Shown one piece after another: positions 1 to 25,531 of a DNA stretch of 64,000 bases. How positions within the stretch are numbered: position 1 is the stretch's first letter; each line of letters begins with the position of its first letter. The translations under genes were made by a program, and so were the position numbers. This stretch comes from Amoebidium appalachense (taxonomy: Eukaryota > Protista > Ichthyosporea), in assembly GCA_963693365.1 (NCBI GenBank), contig CAVNZM010000003.1:10446101-10510100 (forward strand), given 5' to 3'. Under the pieces are notes generated by a model, which was not told the origin of the DNA, made no database searches, and was given only the letters and a program-made list of their open reading frames with translations.

Positions 1-169
1 GGGGAGGGGGGGGGAGGGGAGGGAGGCGGGGGATGTAGGGTGTATGTGCATGTGCATGTGCGTATGTGTTTGTGTGCGTGTGTGTTCTCGTGTGCATGCG
101 TGTGTGTATGAGGGATAGATTGTGTGTTTATAGAAAATTGCCGACTCCATAATTGCCTTCATCCGTCTC

Positions 170-204
<35 letters not shown>

Positions 205-517
205 TCGCCGCCTGTTGCCCCGACCCAATCTCTACCCCCTCCCCTTAACCCCTCCCTACCTTACCCCCCCCCCCCCCCCCCCCTTAGCCTGCTGAGGATG
301 GGCTCAGCTTATGGTGCATATTCTTCGTGTTGATCTGAAAATGCCTTGTCTTTGCCCGTTCGAAAGGTGTGCTTACGGATACTTGTTCACTGACGCCTAA
401 TCCCCCTCTCCGCCCCTCCCCCCATCCCTACAACCCCCTCCCCCCCCCCCCCCCTCCTCCGTCCGCCTCCCCCCCCCCCCCCCCCCCCAAACACACACAC
501 ACACACCCACAAACAAG

Positions 518-12634
<12,117 letters not shown>

Positions 12635-12731
12635 GGCCTCCGTTTCCCCCCACCACACGTGCACACACACACGCACACGCGCATACACGTTCCCGCGCAC
12701 GCGCACACCCACACACACAAACATGCAGGGG

Positions 12732-12804
<73 letters not shown>

Positions 12805-13770
12805 CTTCACAAGAGAAGGCGGGCACACACACACTAGCTCGCTCACGCACACACAACCACATGCACACACACTCACACACACACGCACACAGTGTCACAC
12901 ACACTTCTTTGCAACACGTGCACGACTACACACGCTCAAGCTCTTTCACGTCCGCAGACACGTGGTGCATGCGCGCGCGCATAGGTGTCAATTGACCTTT
13001 TTTAAGTTTTTTTGTTTTTCAAAACTTGAAGCCATGCATATCCAAAATATTGCTTTTCTGGGAACCATGAAACGGATTTCGACTAGGGTTAGAATAAGAG
13101 TTTGCTAATTTGGTCGTTTAACCTGCAAAGGGTTAAGCTGATTACCATGTATGGTAAACGGATATGCTCTATATTCAGGAGGCTGTTTCTTTTTCATTGT
13201 TCAGTTAGTTAGGATCAGACTAAAGCTTAAAGGTTTTCTCGAAGGTTTTATGAAGGTTTTATATAATAGGTTACGTTACATCACGTACGCTTAGGTTGTT
13301 TCCTGGATCTCATAAAAGAACAGGTAAAGTAGGTTAGATAGCCGCGTATTCTTTACAAGGTGGTTCGTTCTTGTATTGTTGCAATTGACACATACAGATG
13401 AATTAGGGTGTAGCCTTATTGTGTATTCGTCGCTTTACACACCATACTGCCTAACTAAATATTGGTTTTCCGAAGTGCTTTAATTAATCAGGTTTTGTGG
13501 AGAATTTTGCCCAGCTCTTTATAGTGATAGATCGCAAATCATCGATTTTGGTCAATACGTCGACTAAAAATATTAACTTTATAAGTTTGCCGAGACCCTA
13601 CTGTGGCCTTATGGAGCCGTCGCACCCAGACAGCCAGAGTTTCTTGGTATCCCCCGCTAGAGGGGTATAATCGCCAGGCCCGGAGCACGGCGCCCGACCC
13701 GGCCCGCGCGGGGTCTGGGGGGACGGCCCTTCGCGATTCGAACCTTACCAAGTCCATCGCCCAATCCAAT

Positions 13771-14702
13771 TTTGGACTAGTCACAACTTTGAGATCACAC
13801 CACACCAAACCACCTCCGATCCGATCGCGATCGATCTATTTCCCACTTCCCACTTTTCCCACTTAAAACCGAAAAAGAGAAAAAAAAAGAGACAAAACAA
13901 ACGATACAGCATTACCCACTTCTAAGTCGGAAAGTGGCCAATGACAACAGACACGTATCGAGAGAAAAAAAGCTAAGTCTACACGAGAGAGAGAGAGGGA
14001 GAAAAAAAGCTAATTCTACACGAGAGAGAGAGAGGGAGAAAAAAAGCTAAGTCTACACGAGAGAGAGAGAGGCAGAAAAAAAGCTAAGTCTACACGAGAG
14101 AGAGAGAGGGAGAAAAAAAGCTAAGTCTACACGAGAGAGAGAGAGGGAGAAAAAAAGCTAAGTCTTGACCCGGGCAGGGGGCGGGTGAGGCAGGCGAGGC
14201 AGGGGGGGCAGGTGAGGCAGGGGGGGGCACGCGAGGCAGGGGGGGCAGGAGAGGCAGGGGGGGGCAGACGAGGCAGGGGGGGCACGTGAGGCAGGGGGGG
14301 GCAGACGAGGCAGGGGGGGCACGTGAGGCAGGGGGGGCACGTGAGGCAGGGGGGGGCAGGGGGAGCAGGGCACGTGAGGCACGCCAGGGGGGGGGGGGGG
14401 GGGGATGCATGTGGGCACGTGGGCGCGGGGGCGGCGGGGGGGGGGGGGGTTTCCAAAAACAGGGATCTGTATATACTTCACGGGGGTTTATTTTGGTATA
14501 CAATACGGGTATAACAATTCCCAATCCATATATTCTGATCAGCATCAATAATTTAATATAAATTTAATGATTCCCGATTTCGCTGACAGGGTAACAATTA
14601 CCATCTAGTTACCGCGCTCCTGGAAGCGAATCCAATGCGTTATCTCTCATTCCATTGACCCAGGAGGCGGCCAATCCAATCGAGTTTTTGAAAGTGATTT
14701 TT
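13771..14702. repeat. Composite repeat copy 1 (block A 13771-14552, then block B 14553-14702), containing a 37-bp tandem array and a GAGGCAGGGGGGG satellite
   Basis: The same sequence recurs at 25532-26369 with block order B-A. The unit TACACGAGAGAGAGAGAGGGAGAAAAAAAGCTAAGTC is repeated about 5 times. Confidence 0.85.
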
Positions 14703-15147
14703 GTCCACCTTCCCCCGCCCAAAAAACGTTACCGGTGACCACCCTCCCCCTTCCAACCCTGTGCGAAATGGGCACCGTATGCAGAATAGAAAGGGCCTCT
14801 GGCCCCAATTATGGGTAAGCCTTGGCTAGCATCGGTAGCTCCGAAAGAAAGTTAAGGCACCGGATCACAATATCATACTGTGCAGCATTAATAAGGTGAT
14901 CTAGGATAGTCATCTTAAAACGAATATATGAAGGAAGAGAGGAAGAAAAGAGAATAAAACCGCCAATAACCTCCGGTTCTAATACCAACGGTTAGCTAAC
15001 AGGTTGCACTTATTGATAGATACAAGTAGGTCTGTGCGCCGGCTGTCGCCGGCGCCAAAACATAACGAGACAGTTATTGATGTTGGGTTGTGTGGTTGTT
15101 ACCTCCCCTCCCCCCTCCCCCCCCCCCCCCCCCCCCCCCCACCCGCC

Positions 15148-15186
<39 letters not shown>

Positions 15187-15386
15187 CCTCACGCTTCCCC
15201 CCCCCCCCCCCCCCCCCAGGGCCGGGGGGGGGGGGCCTATATGTACACTCCCCTATCCGGCCACGTACCCTACGCAGGAAGGGTAGTGTACCCCAGCCTC
15301 TTCCAGGCGGGGTATTTTTTTCTGGCAGTGGGGTATTTTTTAGGGTATTTTTGGGGTATTGTCTAACCTCTCTCTATCCCTCTCCC

Positions 15387-15472
<86 letters not shown>

Positions 15473-15945
15473 TGTGTGTGTGTGAAGGGGGTGGAGGCGG
15501 GTGGAGCGGGTGAAGGGAAGTAGAGCACTAACTACACATACCGTTCCCACCATTCCAAAGGGAGACAACCGGCCAGGAGCAGTCTGACCGTTCTGAATGC
15601 TGAACACAGTTTGTTGGGGCCCTGTGCCGACCAGGAGTGAGACTGTACCCCCCCCCCCCCCCCTCCTCCCCCCCCGCGCCCCAATACCCACCGCACGTAC
15701 ATGGAAAAACAATGTGCGAGCCGCTTGTCAACCTTGTCTGAAACCCAAAATACCCTCTTGTGTTATGTGTCTGCTCTTCTGCTTGGTGTGACTTCAGACA
15801 TGCACGTGTTTGTGTACACACAGGCACGGAACATACCAATTTAGCCCCATTGTTCACTGTGCATTCATAAATGTACCCTCAGTCGAGCTGATCAGAAGGG
15901 AAAACAAATGTGTGCAAGTGTGTGTGTATGTGTGTGTGTGTGTGA

Positions 15946-15980
15946 GAGTGTGTGTGCGTGTGTGCGTGCGTGCATGTGTG

Positions 15981-16016
<36 letters not shown>

Positions 16017-16336
16017 TGTGTGCACGAGCGTGTGTGTCTGTGTATGTGTGGATGTGTGTGTGTAGGCAGGAGAGGAGGGGAAGGGAGAGAAAGCAAGCCC
16101 TAACGCGTGTGCACTGGCGACCATGTATGTATTCGTGTAGTACACATACATATATTCCCTTTGCCCCACGAACTCCTTGAATCTAATATAACTTTCGTCC
16201 AGCCTCCCCCCCCCCTCCCCTCCCACACACACACCAAAAAAAAAAAGAAAAAAAGAAAAAAAAAAAAAAAGGCAACCCTTGGGCCCTGCCCCATCCTGTT
16301 CCCCATTAACACTTTAAACAGAGCCGTCACAGAGGT

Positions 16337-16375
<39 letters not shown>

Positions 16376-17072
16376 GGGGAGCAGCAGGTAAACGGGCTTC
16401 CGAAGAGAGACGGGGCAGACAAAGAACGGTACATCCTCGGCACCTTTTCTCGATACAGCGGAGCCCCGAGGTGAATACTCGAGCCTTCGAAAACAAAATG
16501 GGCCCAAAAGTTGAAGTTGAAGCTGCCATGCCAAACAGAGACACATCTATCACACCACAACCACATACCTCTCCCTTGGGTCAGAGCATGTAGTGACCGT
16601 GTGCCCACCGACAGGACGGGGTTGAAAGTGACGTAGCCCATGCATGTGGATTGGTTGCTGGTGACTGCAGCAAACCGTACATGCTGTAGGTGTACAAGTG
16701 AGCAAAGTAAGTAAAGTTAGTCAAGTAAGTCAAGTAAGTAAAGTAAGTTGAATAAACCAACTAGGAACCACAGAGTGTGAGTGCATGGATGAGGGTGGGT
16801 GGTGTCTTCTGCACAGGCACACACGATTGTCCTGTCAGAGATGTGCGAGCATAGACCAGCATGAGAGCAACTGCAATATGGTTCACGTTGCCTTTTCCAT
16901 GAGGATGGAGCCATGCAGCCATTCTCTCCAAACAAGTTTCTGCCCAGGAGGGAGGCTGGATATGAGTAATGAAGTGGGAGAAGCGGGGTGCGGGCGGAAA
17001 CGTAAGGTGTGTGTGTGTCTGGGTCTCCTTCTCTCTTTCTCCCTCCCCCCCCCCCCCCTCTCCCTCTCTCTT

Positions 17073-17108
<36 letters not shown>

Positions 17109-17345
17109 CCTCCCTCCCTCTCTCTCTCTCCCTCCCCTCTCCCTCTCTCTTTCACCCCCTCCCTCTCTCTCTCACACACACACACCCCCCCCCCCCCCCC
17201 CTCTCCCTCCCCCCCCCCCCCCTCTCTATCTCTCTCTCTCTCTTCCCCTCACTCCCATTTCTTTTTTTAAGGGCGTGGGGTGTGGGGGGGAGGCGGAAAA
17301 GGTAGAGGAGGGAGGCTCTACCTAACTCTCTCTCTCTCTGTCCCC
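15946..17345. repeat. Direct repeat of about 1.4 kb, copy 1 (block C)
   Basis: Matches 22431-23808 with scattered substitutions (for example GAAAGCAAGCCCTAACGCGTGTGCACTGG and GGGCCCAAAAGTTGAAGTTGAAGCTGCC). Confidence 0.9.
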
Positions 17346-17565
17346 CCCCCCCCCCCCCCCCCCTCCCTTTCTTTTTTTAGGGGGTGTGCGATGGGGGGGG
17401 GTGGGGGGGGGGTGGGGGAAGGCTCTCTCTCTATTTCTCTCTCTCTATCTCTCTCTATCGCTCTCTCTCTCTCTATCTTCTTCTTATTCTTCTTCTTCTT
17501 CTCCTTTTTTTGTTTTTTTTGGGGGGGGGGGGGAGGTGGGGCGGGGGGGGGGGGGGAGGGGGGGG

Positions 17566-17596
<31 letters not shown>

Positions 17597-19074
17597 TGGA
17601 TACCTCTCCCACCGAGGTTGCTGGTTAATTCCCGAGACAGCCACTCGAACCAACCTCCTGGTCAACATCCTCCCAGAAACGACAGACAAACAAGCAAACA
17701 AAGAGTATCTGCAAAAAAGAACAACATATTAGTCACAGACCAAAGGCCTGCCAAAAGTTGCCTTTTATGTCTGAAAGCAAGTGAGACACCAAGCCATATG
17801 TGCTGCACGTTGAAATAATTTCCACGGTGTTGCATATTATTCCTCGTAACCTTCTCCTCAGGGTGATACTTATTTCGTCTGGGACCCCCCTTCCCCCCAT
17901 CCCCTCCCCCCCCCCCTCCTCCCCCCTCCCCACCCCCTCCCTTCCCTCTCGATCCCGACTCTTTCCCTACCGGCCCGGGCACAACACTAGGTACCTACAA
18001 GGCTCTTCAACATCATGCCACCCCCCCCCCCCCCCCCCCCCCCCACACACACACACCCACCCACCCACCCACCCACCCACCCACCCACCCACCCACCCCC
18101 TCCAACTCCCCCTTTCCCCCCTCCCCCAGTCCCTGCCTACCAAATCTACCCGCGACTGCCATCAACGGGCTTGGTTCTGCCTCCACCAGCAAAAAGCAAA
18201 ATAGCGTGTTCGGACAAGATGCAACACACGAACAACAAGTTCCCAGGGTTAACTAAAAAAGGGCTGAAAGATTCTAGCTTTTCGGTGAGAATGGAATTGG
18301 AACAAAGAGTTGTGCGGGCAATATGATGGCAGAGGCAAACAAATCATGCATGTATTGTGTTTGTGGGTGGAAGGAGCGGAAAAAAGCGGGAGTTGGAGAA
18401 AGGAGCGGAGGGGTAGGGGAGAGAGAGAACGGAGGGTGTGTGTGTGTAAAGGGGGGGGGGGGGGGGGGGAGAAGGGAGGGGGGGGGGGGGGGGGGCAGCA
18501 GGCTCTTACGGTTCAGTATGTCGAAGCTCACACATGTGGTCACTTGTACAGTACTCTGCTAGCTCAACACAAATAATGCGCAGCCTGGTTTTCCGGACTG
18601 CCTTGGCAATGTTTGGGGTTCGGTGGTGATGGCTTATCTAGCGTCATTCCTATTGGTAGAAAGAAAAATGTGACTCGTGAGCCCTCCTCATGTGTGCACG
18701 GCGGCGAACTTCGAAAGGGCTGGTTCGATCGACTGCAGACAGACCCGTTTGCTTTGCGCCGTCCGGGTACAGTACAGAACGGAAACATAGGAGCATATTC
18801 CAAACGCGTGATCGGTTTGTTTGGCTTGCATATGATAGTTTCAATTTAAAGGCCAGCTGTAGAAAAACACGGGTTTCAGCAAGTAGGCAACGAGAATGAT
18901 GCATACACAAATATTATGTGATACACAGAATTCGAAGAGAAAGAAAGGTAGAGGCAGGCAGAGGTGGGGGGGGGGGGGGGGGGGGAGAGCGAGAGGGAGG
19001 GAGAAAGGGGAAGAGAGGGGGGGGGGGGGGGGAGAGAGAGAGAGAGAGGGAGAGAGAGAGAGAGAGAGAGAGAA

Positions 19075-19417
19075 AGCATGCCTAGTACTCGAGGGTTACC
19101 ATATCTGTCGGCGTGTACACACACCTGCACATACACACAAACACTAGTACTCGAGTGCACACACACGCACGTACTGTACATATACATAATAAACTTTGAA
19201 AGATTTCAAAAACTACATAGGTGGTCCGGTTCCCTGGGAATGAGGAGGAGCTCGAGGAGGAGGATCAGCAGGAAAAGGGGGGGCGGGGCAGGAGGGGGGG
19301 GGGGGGGGAGGTGGGGGGGGAGTGAGAGAGAGAAATCCTCGGGAGGGGGGAGGGGGGGGATAGAGAGAGAGGGAGGGAGGGAGAAAGGCAAAGAGAGAGA
19401 GAGAGGGGGGGGGGGGG

Positions 19418-19459
<42 letters not shown>

Positions 19460-19628
19460 CATGCCTAGTACTCGAGGATTACCATATCTGTCGGCGTGTA
19501 CAAACACATGCACATATACACAAACACTCGAATGCACACACACGCACGTACTGTACACATACATAATAACTTTAAAAGATTTCAAAAACTACATAGGTGG
19601 TCCGGTTCCCTGGGAATGAGGAGGAGGA
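19075..19628. repeat. Local duplication of about 170 bp (19075-19250 and 19459-19628)
   Basis: GCATGCCTAGTACTCGAGG...TTCAAAAACTACATAGGTGGTCCGGTTCCCTGGGAATGAGGAGG occurs twice. Confidence 0.8.
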
Positions 19629-19645
19629 GGAGGATCCGGAGGAAA

Positions 19646-19700
<55 letters not shown>

Positions 19701-20177
19701 GGAGGCAACGAAATCGATTATCGATCACTATCGATACTAGCTGCATAAGCGGGGCCAATGTTATGGTCGGGACACCAAAAAAAGGCTGCAGCAGATCTAA
19801 TAATGATAATGTTATTATTAATTGGTAGGGTGCCACGAACGGCTTCATTTTATCAACTTGAAATGATATATACCTTTTTGTATAGTTATAGCAGAAGCCC
19901 TGCCATGTAACTTATGCATGTATACACATGTACACGTGCTAGCGTTCTGGGGAAGGCAATGGACTAAATGTCTCTGTGACCAGAATATTATTGGCAGTAG
20001 AATTTACTAAGTTATGGTTTTCTATGGGAGATTGTGAAATTATGTAATCTAAAAACCCCAAAACTATCTATCTATAATATATCTTAAACTTTGTCCACAC
20101 TGGTAGTAGTCATGTTTGCGCAAATCTTACTCTCCTGCAGGTTGTATTCATTTGCATTTGCGCAGTAACTCAGACAG

Positions 20178-20215
<38 letters not shown>

Positions 20216-20899
20216 TTCCCCACACACACCAGCAAGCCAAAAAAAAAAAAAAAAAAAAAAAAAAAGAGAGAAAAAAAGAAAAGAACAAAAAAAAAAACCG
20301 GGCAGAAAGAAAGGAAGAAGGAAAAACACAATGGCTCCGAGAGTCTCCTCGACACACATACAGGTGTGCAGGCCATAGACATAATGCAATATGTACCCCT
20401 AATCAATGACACATTGCACATATACACATGTACATACAGCTAGTAACCGCCACCCCGGTGAATGATCAGTGTCCACAAACCACCTTCTTTTCTCTCCGGT
20501 CTATACAATTAGGACCTTCTATAAGAGTACCTTATGTGTCCCCGGGGCCCACCTCTGTATACGTATCTGACCACCTACCACACTTAAACCATTCTTTTCT
20601 GCCCCACCCCTGCCTGAAAGTGAACGTTTGCATCCGAGTGGGAGTTGTGTTGTCCCGCCACGTCGTCATCATTCCGGTCAGTGACGTCACCAACAGCAAA
20701 TGTGCCGTCGTTGCTGTTGCTCTGTGGAGTCGATTTAGCCTGCCTGTTGCTTTGAGGTGAATTGTTGGCATCACCGCCAATTTCTTGGGTGGCATAGGGT
20801 ATGATGTGGTTGGGAATATTCGTCGGCAGCGGTATGTGTAACACCACCGGGGCCTTCGTCTTTGGTTGCTATCGTGGGGTTGTGGATTGGTGGCGGCAG

Positions 20900-21670
20900 C
20901 TAAGGGAGTTTGTGTCCGTATTCGGTCGGACAGAAGTTGGTTGGGGGCAGGGGGCCTCGTGGTTCGTTTTGCTGCGCCCATGCAGCCAGTGCGTCTCGAT
21001 CGTATGCCCGGCCTCCTTCGGTGACCGAGGCAAAGTAGCCGAGGTGTTTCAGTTGGGCACCCGAAACAGTTCTATCCGATCGGCGCGCATGGTAAGGGTT
21101 GGGTAAATGGGATCTGGCTGTTCGGAAGGACACCCCTACGCACCCCGCCTGCTCTGCTTCCTCGACACTCAAATAATCGCCAGGGAGATAGAAGTTTAGG
21201 CACCTTAGTTTCTCTCGCTTTGAAATCTCCAGAGTACGTATCACCTTGTCCCTTGCAAGTGCCGCTTCCACTTCTGTCGCGTAGATCCCGCCGTAATGAA
21301 AAACACCATCCTTCCGATACGACACTTGCCAAGGCTTTTGGATGCGCCTAATATGGTAGTCTACGCCCTTGTACACTGACGTTTTCGTCTTTGTTGCGTT
21401 CTTTGCCCACCACTCCTCTGCCCAATCCAAATCATCGGCTGTCGGTTTGAATTTACGCAAATTCCCGAGGCTAACATTTTTAGAATCCAGGAATCGGTGA
21501 GCCAACACCCCCTTCTGCACCAACCAATCAATGGCCAAATCCCGCTGCCGTGCAGCCGTGCAACTGTTTTCGTAGAAACCGACATGCATGCTGGATCCTA
21601 TCTTTGCACCCCATTTGCCCACTTTACCACTCCAATATACTCCCCGGTAGTGTTGGCCTGTGTCTTTCAC
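20900..21670 (-). CDS. Protein or exon with three AP2/ERF-like DNA-binding domains (possibly part of a larger or decaying gene)
   Basis: Three repeats with the AP2 pattern: YRGVYW...KWGAKI...VGFYENSCTAARQRDLA; SVYKGVDY...PWQVSYRKDGVFHYGGIYATEVEAALARDKV...LNF; CVGVSF...LKHLGYFASVTEGGRAYDRDAL...TNF. The frame has no ATG at its start (an in-frame stop lies just upstream); a possible acceptor ACAG lies near 21659. Confidence 0.75.
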   Translation of the reverse strand: MKDTGQHYRGVYWSGKVGKWGAKIGSSMHVGFYENSCTAARQRDLAIDWLVQKGVLAHRFLDSKNVSLGNLRKFKPTADDLDWAEEWWAKNATKTKTSVYKGVDYHIRRIQKPWQVSYRKDGVFHYGGIYATEVEAALARDKVIRTLEISKREKLRCLNFYLPGDYLSVEEAEQAGCVGVSFRTARSHLPNPYHARRSDRTVSGAQLKHLGYFASVTEGGRAYDRDALAAWAQQNEPRGPLPPTNFCPTEYGHKLP

Positions 21671-22323
21671 ATTTCAGGTCGCAAATGGGCGAACGGGCCC
21701 AATGAGTGTCTGCCGGCCGCGACCTTCCCTGCATCGCGTTTTACATCAGAGATGAGAAAATGTACATATGTTCATTCTCTTTATTTTAGACTTTAAAAAG
21801 GCATCGTAAGTGCACTTGTGGCAGCTGAGCTTTGCGATGATCATTGCCTACCCCCCCTCCCCCCCCCCCCCCCCCCCCCCCCCGCCTTTCCCCTGGGCCC
21901 CTCTCTCCTTGTAGCCCTCCCACAAACTTCACATTCGCACAAACGGCACACCTTAGGCTGTATACCAACCCCGACACATTTAACTATAAAAATCCCCAAC
22001 AAACAAACATCCACCGTTGGGTGGTTGACAATGTGTTGGTGTGGCGTGTCAATATTCAGTCTGTGTTATGTGGTTGCTGGGGTTTGAATGCTATTGGTGC
22101 CACCATTCATTCATTCATTTTTTCTTCTTTGGTTCTGGGTTTGGATGGTGGCATGCATATCTTTCTCTTTTTCCCTTTCTTTCCCCCGCCTTTTATATTT
22201 ATTGATTTTCTTGCCAGTGTTTGTGCTTATGTATTTGCACACTGGCTCTAGTGTATGTGTGTGTTTCAAAATGTGTGATATTGTCTGTGTGCGTGTGTGC
22301 GCGCGTGCGTTTCTCTGTGTGTG

Positions 22324-22390
<67 letters not shown>

Positions 22391-22430
22391 CTCTCCCCGC
22401 CTCTCTCTCCTCTGTGTGTGTGTGTGTGTG

Positions 22431-23510
22431 TGAGTGTGTGTGTGCGTGCGTGCATGTGTGTGCGTGCGTGCGTGCGTGTGTGCACGCGCGTGTGTGTCTG
22501 TGTATGTGTGGGTGTGTGTGTGTAGGCAGGAGAGGAGGGGCAGGGAGAGAAAGCAAGCCCTAACGCGTGTGCACTGGTGGCCATGTATGTATTCGTGTAG
22601 TACACATACATATATTCCCTTTGCCCAACGAACTCCATGAATCTAATATAACTTTCGTCCAGCCCTCCCCCCCCTCCCCTCCCACACACACACCAAAAAA
22701 AAAAAAAAAAAGAAAGAAAAAAATAAAAAAAGCAACCCCTGGGGCCCTGCCCCATCCTGTTGCCCATTAACACTTTAAACAGGGCTGTCACAGAGGGTGG
22801 ACAGGGGGGGGGGGGGGGGGGGGGGGTGGAAGGGGGAGGGGGAGCAGCAGGTAAACGGGCTTCCGAAGAGAGACGGGGCAGACAAAGAACGGTACATCCT
22901 AGACACCTTTTCTCGATACAGCGGAGCCACGAGATGCATACTCGAGCCTTCGAAAACAAAATGGGCCCAAAAGTTGAAGTTGAAGCTGCCATGCCAAACA
23001 GAGACACATCTATCACACCACAACCACATACCTCTCCCTTGGGCCAGAGCGTGTAGTGACCGTGTGTCCACCGACAGGAAGGGGTTGAAAGTGACGTAGC
23101 CCATGCATGTGGATTGGTTGCTGGTGACTGCAGCAAACCGTACAGGCTGTAGACGTACAAGTGAGCAAAGTAAGTAAAGTAAGTAAAGTAAGTTGAGTAA
23201 ACCAACTAGGAACCACAGAGTGTGAGTGCATGGATGAGGGTGGTGCCTTCTGCACAGGCACACACAATTGTCCTGTCAGAGATGTGCGAGCATAGACCAG
23301 CATGAGAGCAACTGCAATTTTGTTCATGTTGCCTTTTCCATGGGGATGGAGCCATGCAGCCATTCTCTCCAAACAAGTTTCTGCCCAGGAGGGAGGCTGG
23401 ATATGAGTAATGAAGTGGGAGAAGCGGGGTGCGGGGGGTACCGTAAGGTGTGTGTGTGTCTGGGTCTCTCTCCCCCCCCCCCCCCCCCCCCCATCTCCCT
23501 CTCTCTTTCG

Positions 23511-23567
<57 letters not shown>

Positions 23568-23808
23568 CCTCCCTCCCTCCCCTGTCTCTCTCTCCCTCTC
23601 TCTCCCTCTGTCTTTCGTCCCCTCCCTCTCTCACACACACACACACACTCCCCCCCCCCCCTCTCCCTCCCCCCCCCCCCCCCCTCTCTCTCTCTCTTCC
23701 CCTCACTCCCATTTCTTTTTTTAGGGGCGTGGGGTGTGGGGGGGGGGAGGCGAAAAAGGGGGGAGGAGGGAGGCTCTACCTAACCTCTCTCTCTCTCTCT
23801 GTTCCCCC
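22431..23808. repeat. Direct repeat of about 1.4 kb, copy 2 (block C)
   Basis: Matches 15946-17345 and ends where the LINE fragment begins. Confidence 0.9.
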
Positions 23809-23809
23809 C

Positions 23810-25400
23810 TTTCTTCCCTTCAAGGGGGCTTTCGTCATGCCTATTCGTGTTATACTCACAGTCTGTTACTCCATGAATCCATTGCTTCTGGCTCTCCACA
23901 CGTTGTCTTCATCGACGTTAAGAACGAACCGTACCCACTGGTTTGTTATGGCATAAGCTGGCTATGCGGGGCTTACCAGCCCCCTTTGGCCGTCTTCTGC
24001 AAGCGTTGTTCGATACCACTCGCGGACGAGCGGCGGTCAATGGAACATTAACACCCGGTTTTTCCCGTTACCGGGGTCTTCTGCAGGGGTCCCTCCTGAG
24101 TCCGTTGTTGTTTGACGTTTTCATTGACGATTTAGCCTGCGCCCTCGAACCCTTTGGCCAACTGCATACCCGCCGTGTACCGGGTCTCCTTTTTGCGGAC
24201 GATATTGTTCTTTGTTCCTTAACCGAAGATGTCATGCACCAGATGCTTCGTCAGGTGGATCAATGGTGCACCGAGAATCTCATGACAGTCGGAATTGCAA
24301 AGTGTGCTACTTTTTCGAAGAACACTTCCTTCCGATTGGCCGGCCTCCCTATTCCTGTTCAGAGCACCTATGACTATTTGGGTATTCCTTTTACTGCACG
24401 GGGTATTGATTTCCGCAAGCTCCTCACGGCACGGATCGCTCGTGCGAAGGGTAAGCTTCACATCGTGTCAAATATGTTTCAACAGGAGCCATCCTGCGAA
24501 CCTTCTTCTCTACTATAAAACTTTTTTACGGCCGACTTTCGAAATGGACTTCCGCTATTGGCCTGCGCCCCACCTCGCGAGGCGGCAATGGCGCTGAACG
24601 AGTTCGACGATTTTCAGGGTACTGCGCTACGCACTTTGTTTCGTACTCTGTTTGTGCCTCCCTTAATCAGTATGTTTGGATTGTCGTCTGCTGTTTGTCG
24701 TATGGAGGAATTGTCTTTTCGTTTTTGTTTTCATTTAGTTAGGCTACCTGATGGTCACCCTCTTTATGCTTTCTTTCCCCCCCCTCCCTCCATCCCTCTT
24801 CCCCCCCGATTCACCAACGCTACCTCTGAATGTCCTCAGCCTACCCTCTTTCCACCTGATTCTTCCTCTCGCTATCTCACTCCCTCTTTCTTTTCTCTTC
24901 CTGTTTTTTCTGCCTTTTCGCGTTATTACCATACGCAGTATAAGTTTCTTTCTCGTTCTGATAGAGAAATCAAAGGTAAAACTCAGTCGGCATGTGTTAT
25001 GTTCCTTAGGCAACACCGTACTGATCATTATCGCTTTTTGGGAGCTTTGGCAGGATACATTTCTCCTGCTGTACGTATGGACACCACCCTAGTAGATAAG
25101 TCTGTATGGTGCTCTGATGTTGATGTTGCCTGGGAAGTTGTGCAGTGGCGCTGTAATTCTTGTTTTCATCGCCGCTGGTTCCACTTTTGTGCTGACCTTT
25201 TTAATCGCAAGCATGTTGATAGGTGTGAATTTTTATGTCGCGTTTTACCTCTTTCCCTCCGGGTATCTGCTACACTAGCTGGCAATGTGAACACTTTAGA
25301 CTTTTTGTTGAATTCTGTTGGTCATCACATTGAGTATTTATATGATTTTCACACAGTGTTCAGGTATCTCAGTATGCACTTGTTACTGGATAACTCGTGA
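23810..25400 (+). mobile_element. 5'-truncated, frameshifted non-LTR retrotransposon (LINE) reverse transcriptase remnant
   Basis: RT motifs lie across frames: QGGFR...VVFIDVKN, LWHKL, RGLLQGSLLSPLLFDVFIDDL, LLFADDIVL, YDYLGIPF, YKTFLRP, plus a C-terminal Cys/His motif (FCADLFNRKHVDRC). Frame breaks occur near 23925 and 24480-24560. Confidence 0.9.
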
Positions 25401-25531
25401 AGTTTTTATTGTCTTCTCAGTATGCCGTGCATACTTGCATATCTTTCCGTCGAATAAATCCAGTCAAAAGAAAATAACATTGAAAAGCCCCAACCAAATA
25501 TTGTTCGAGACCATATTTACCTAAATTACAG

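Noticed and set aside
13957-14165. 37-bp repeats that could be mistaken for a CRISPR array
   Set aside because: The units are head-to-tail with no unique spacers, there are no cas genes, and the context is eukaryotic.
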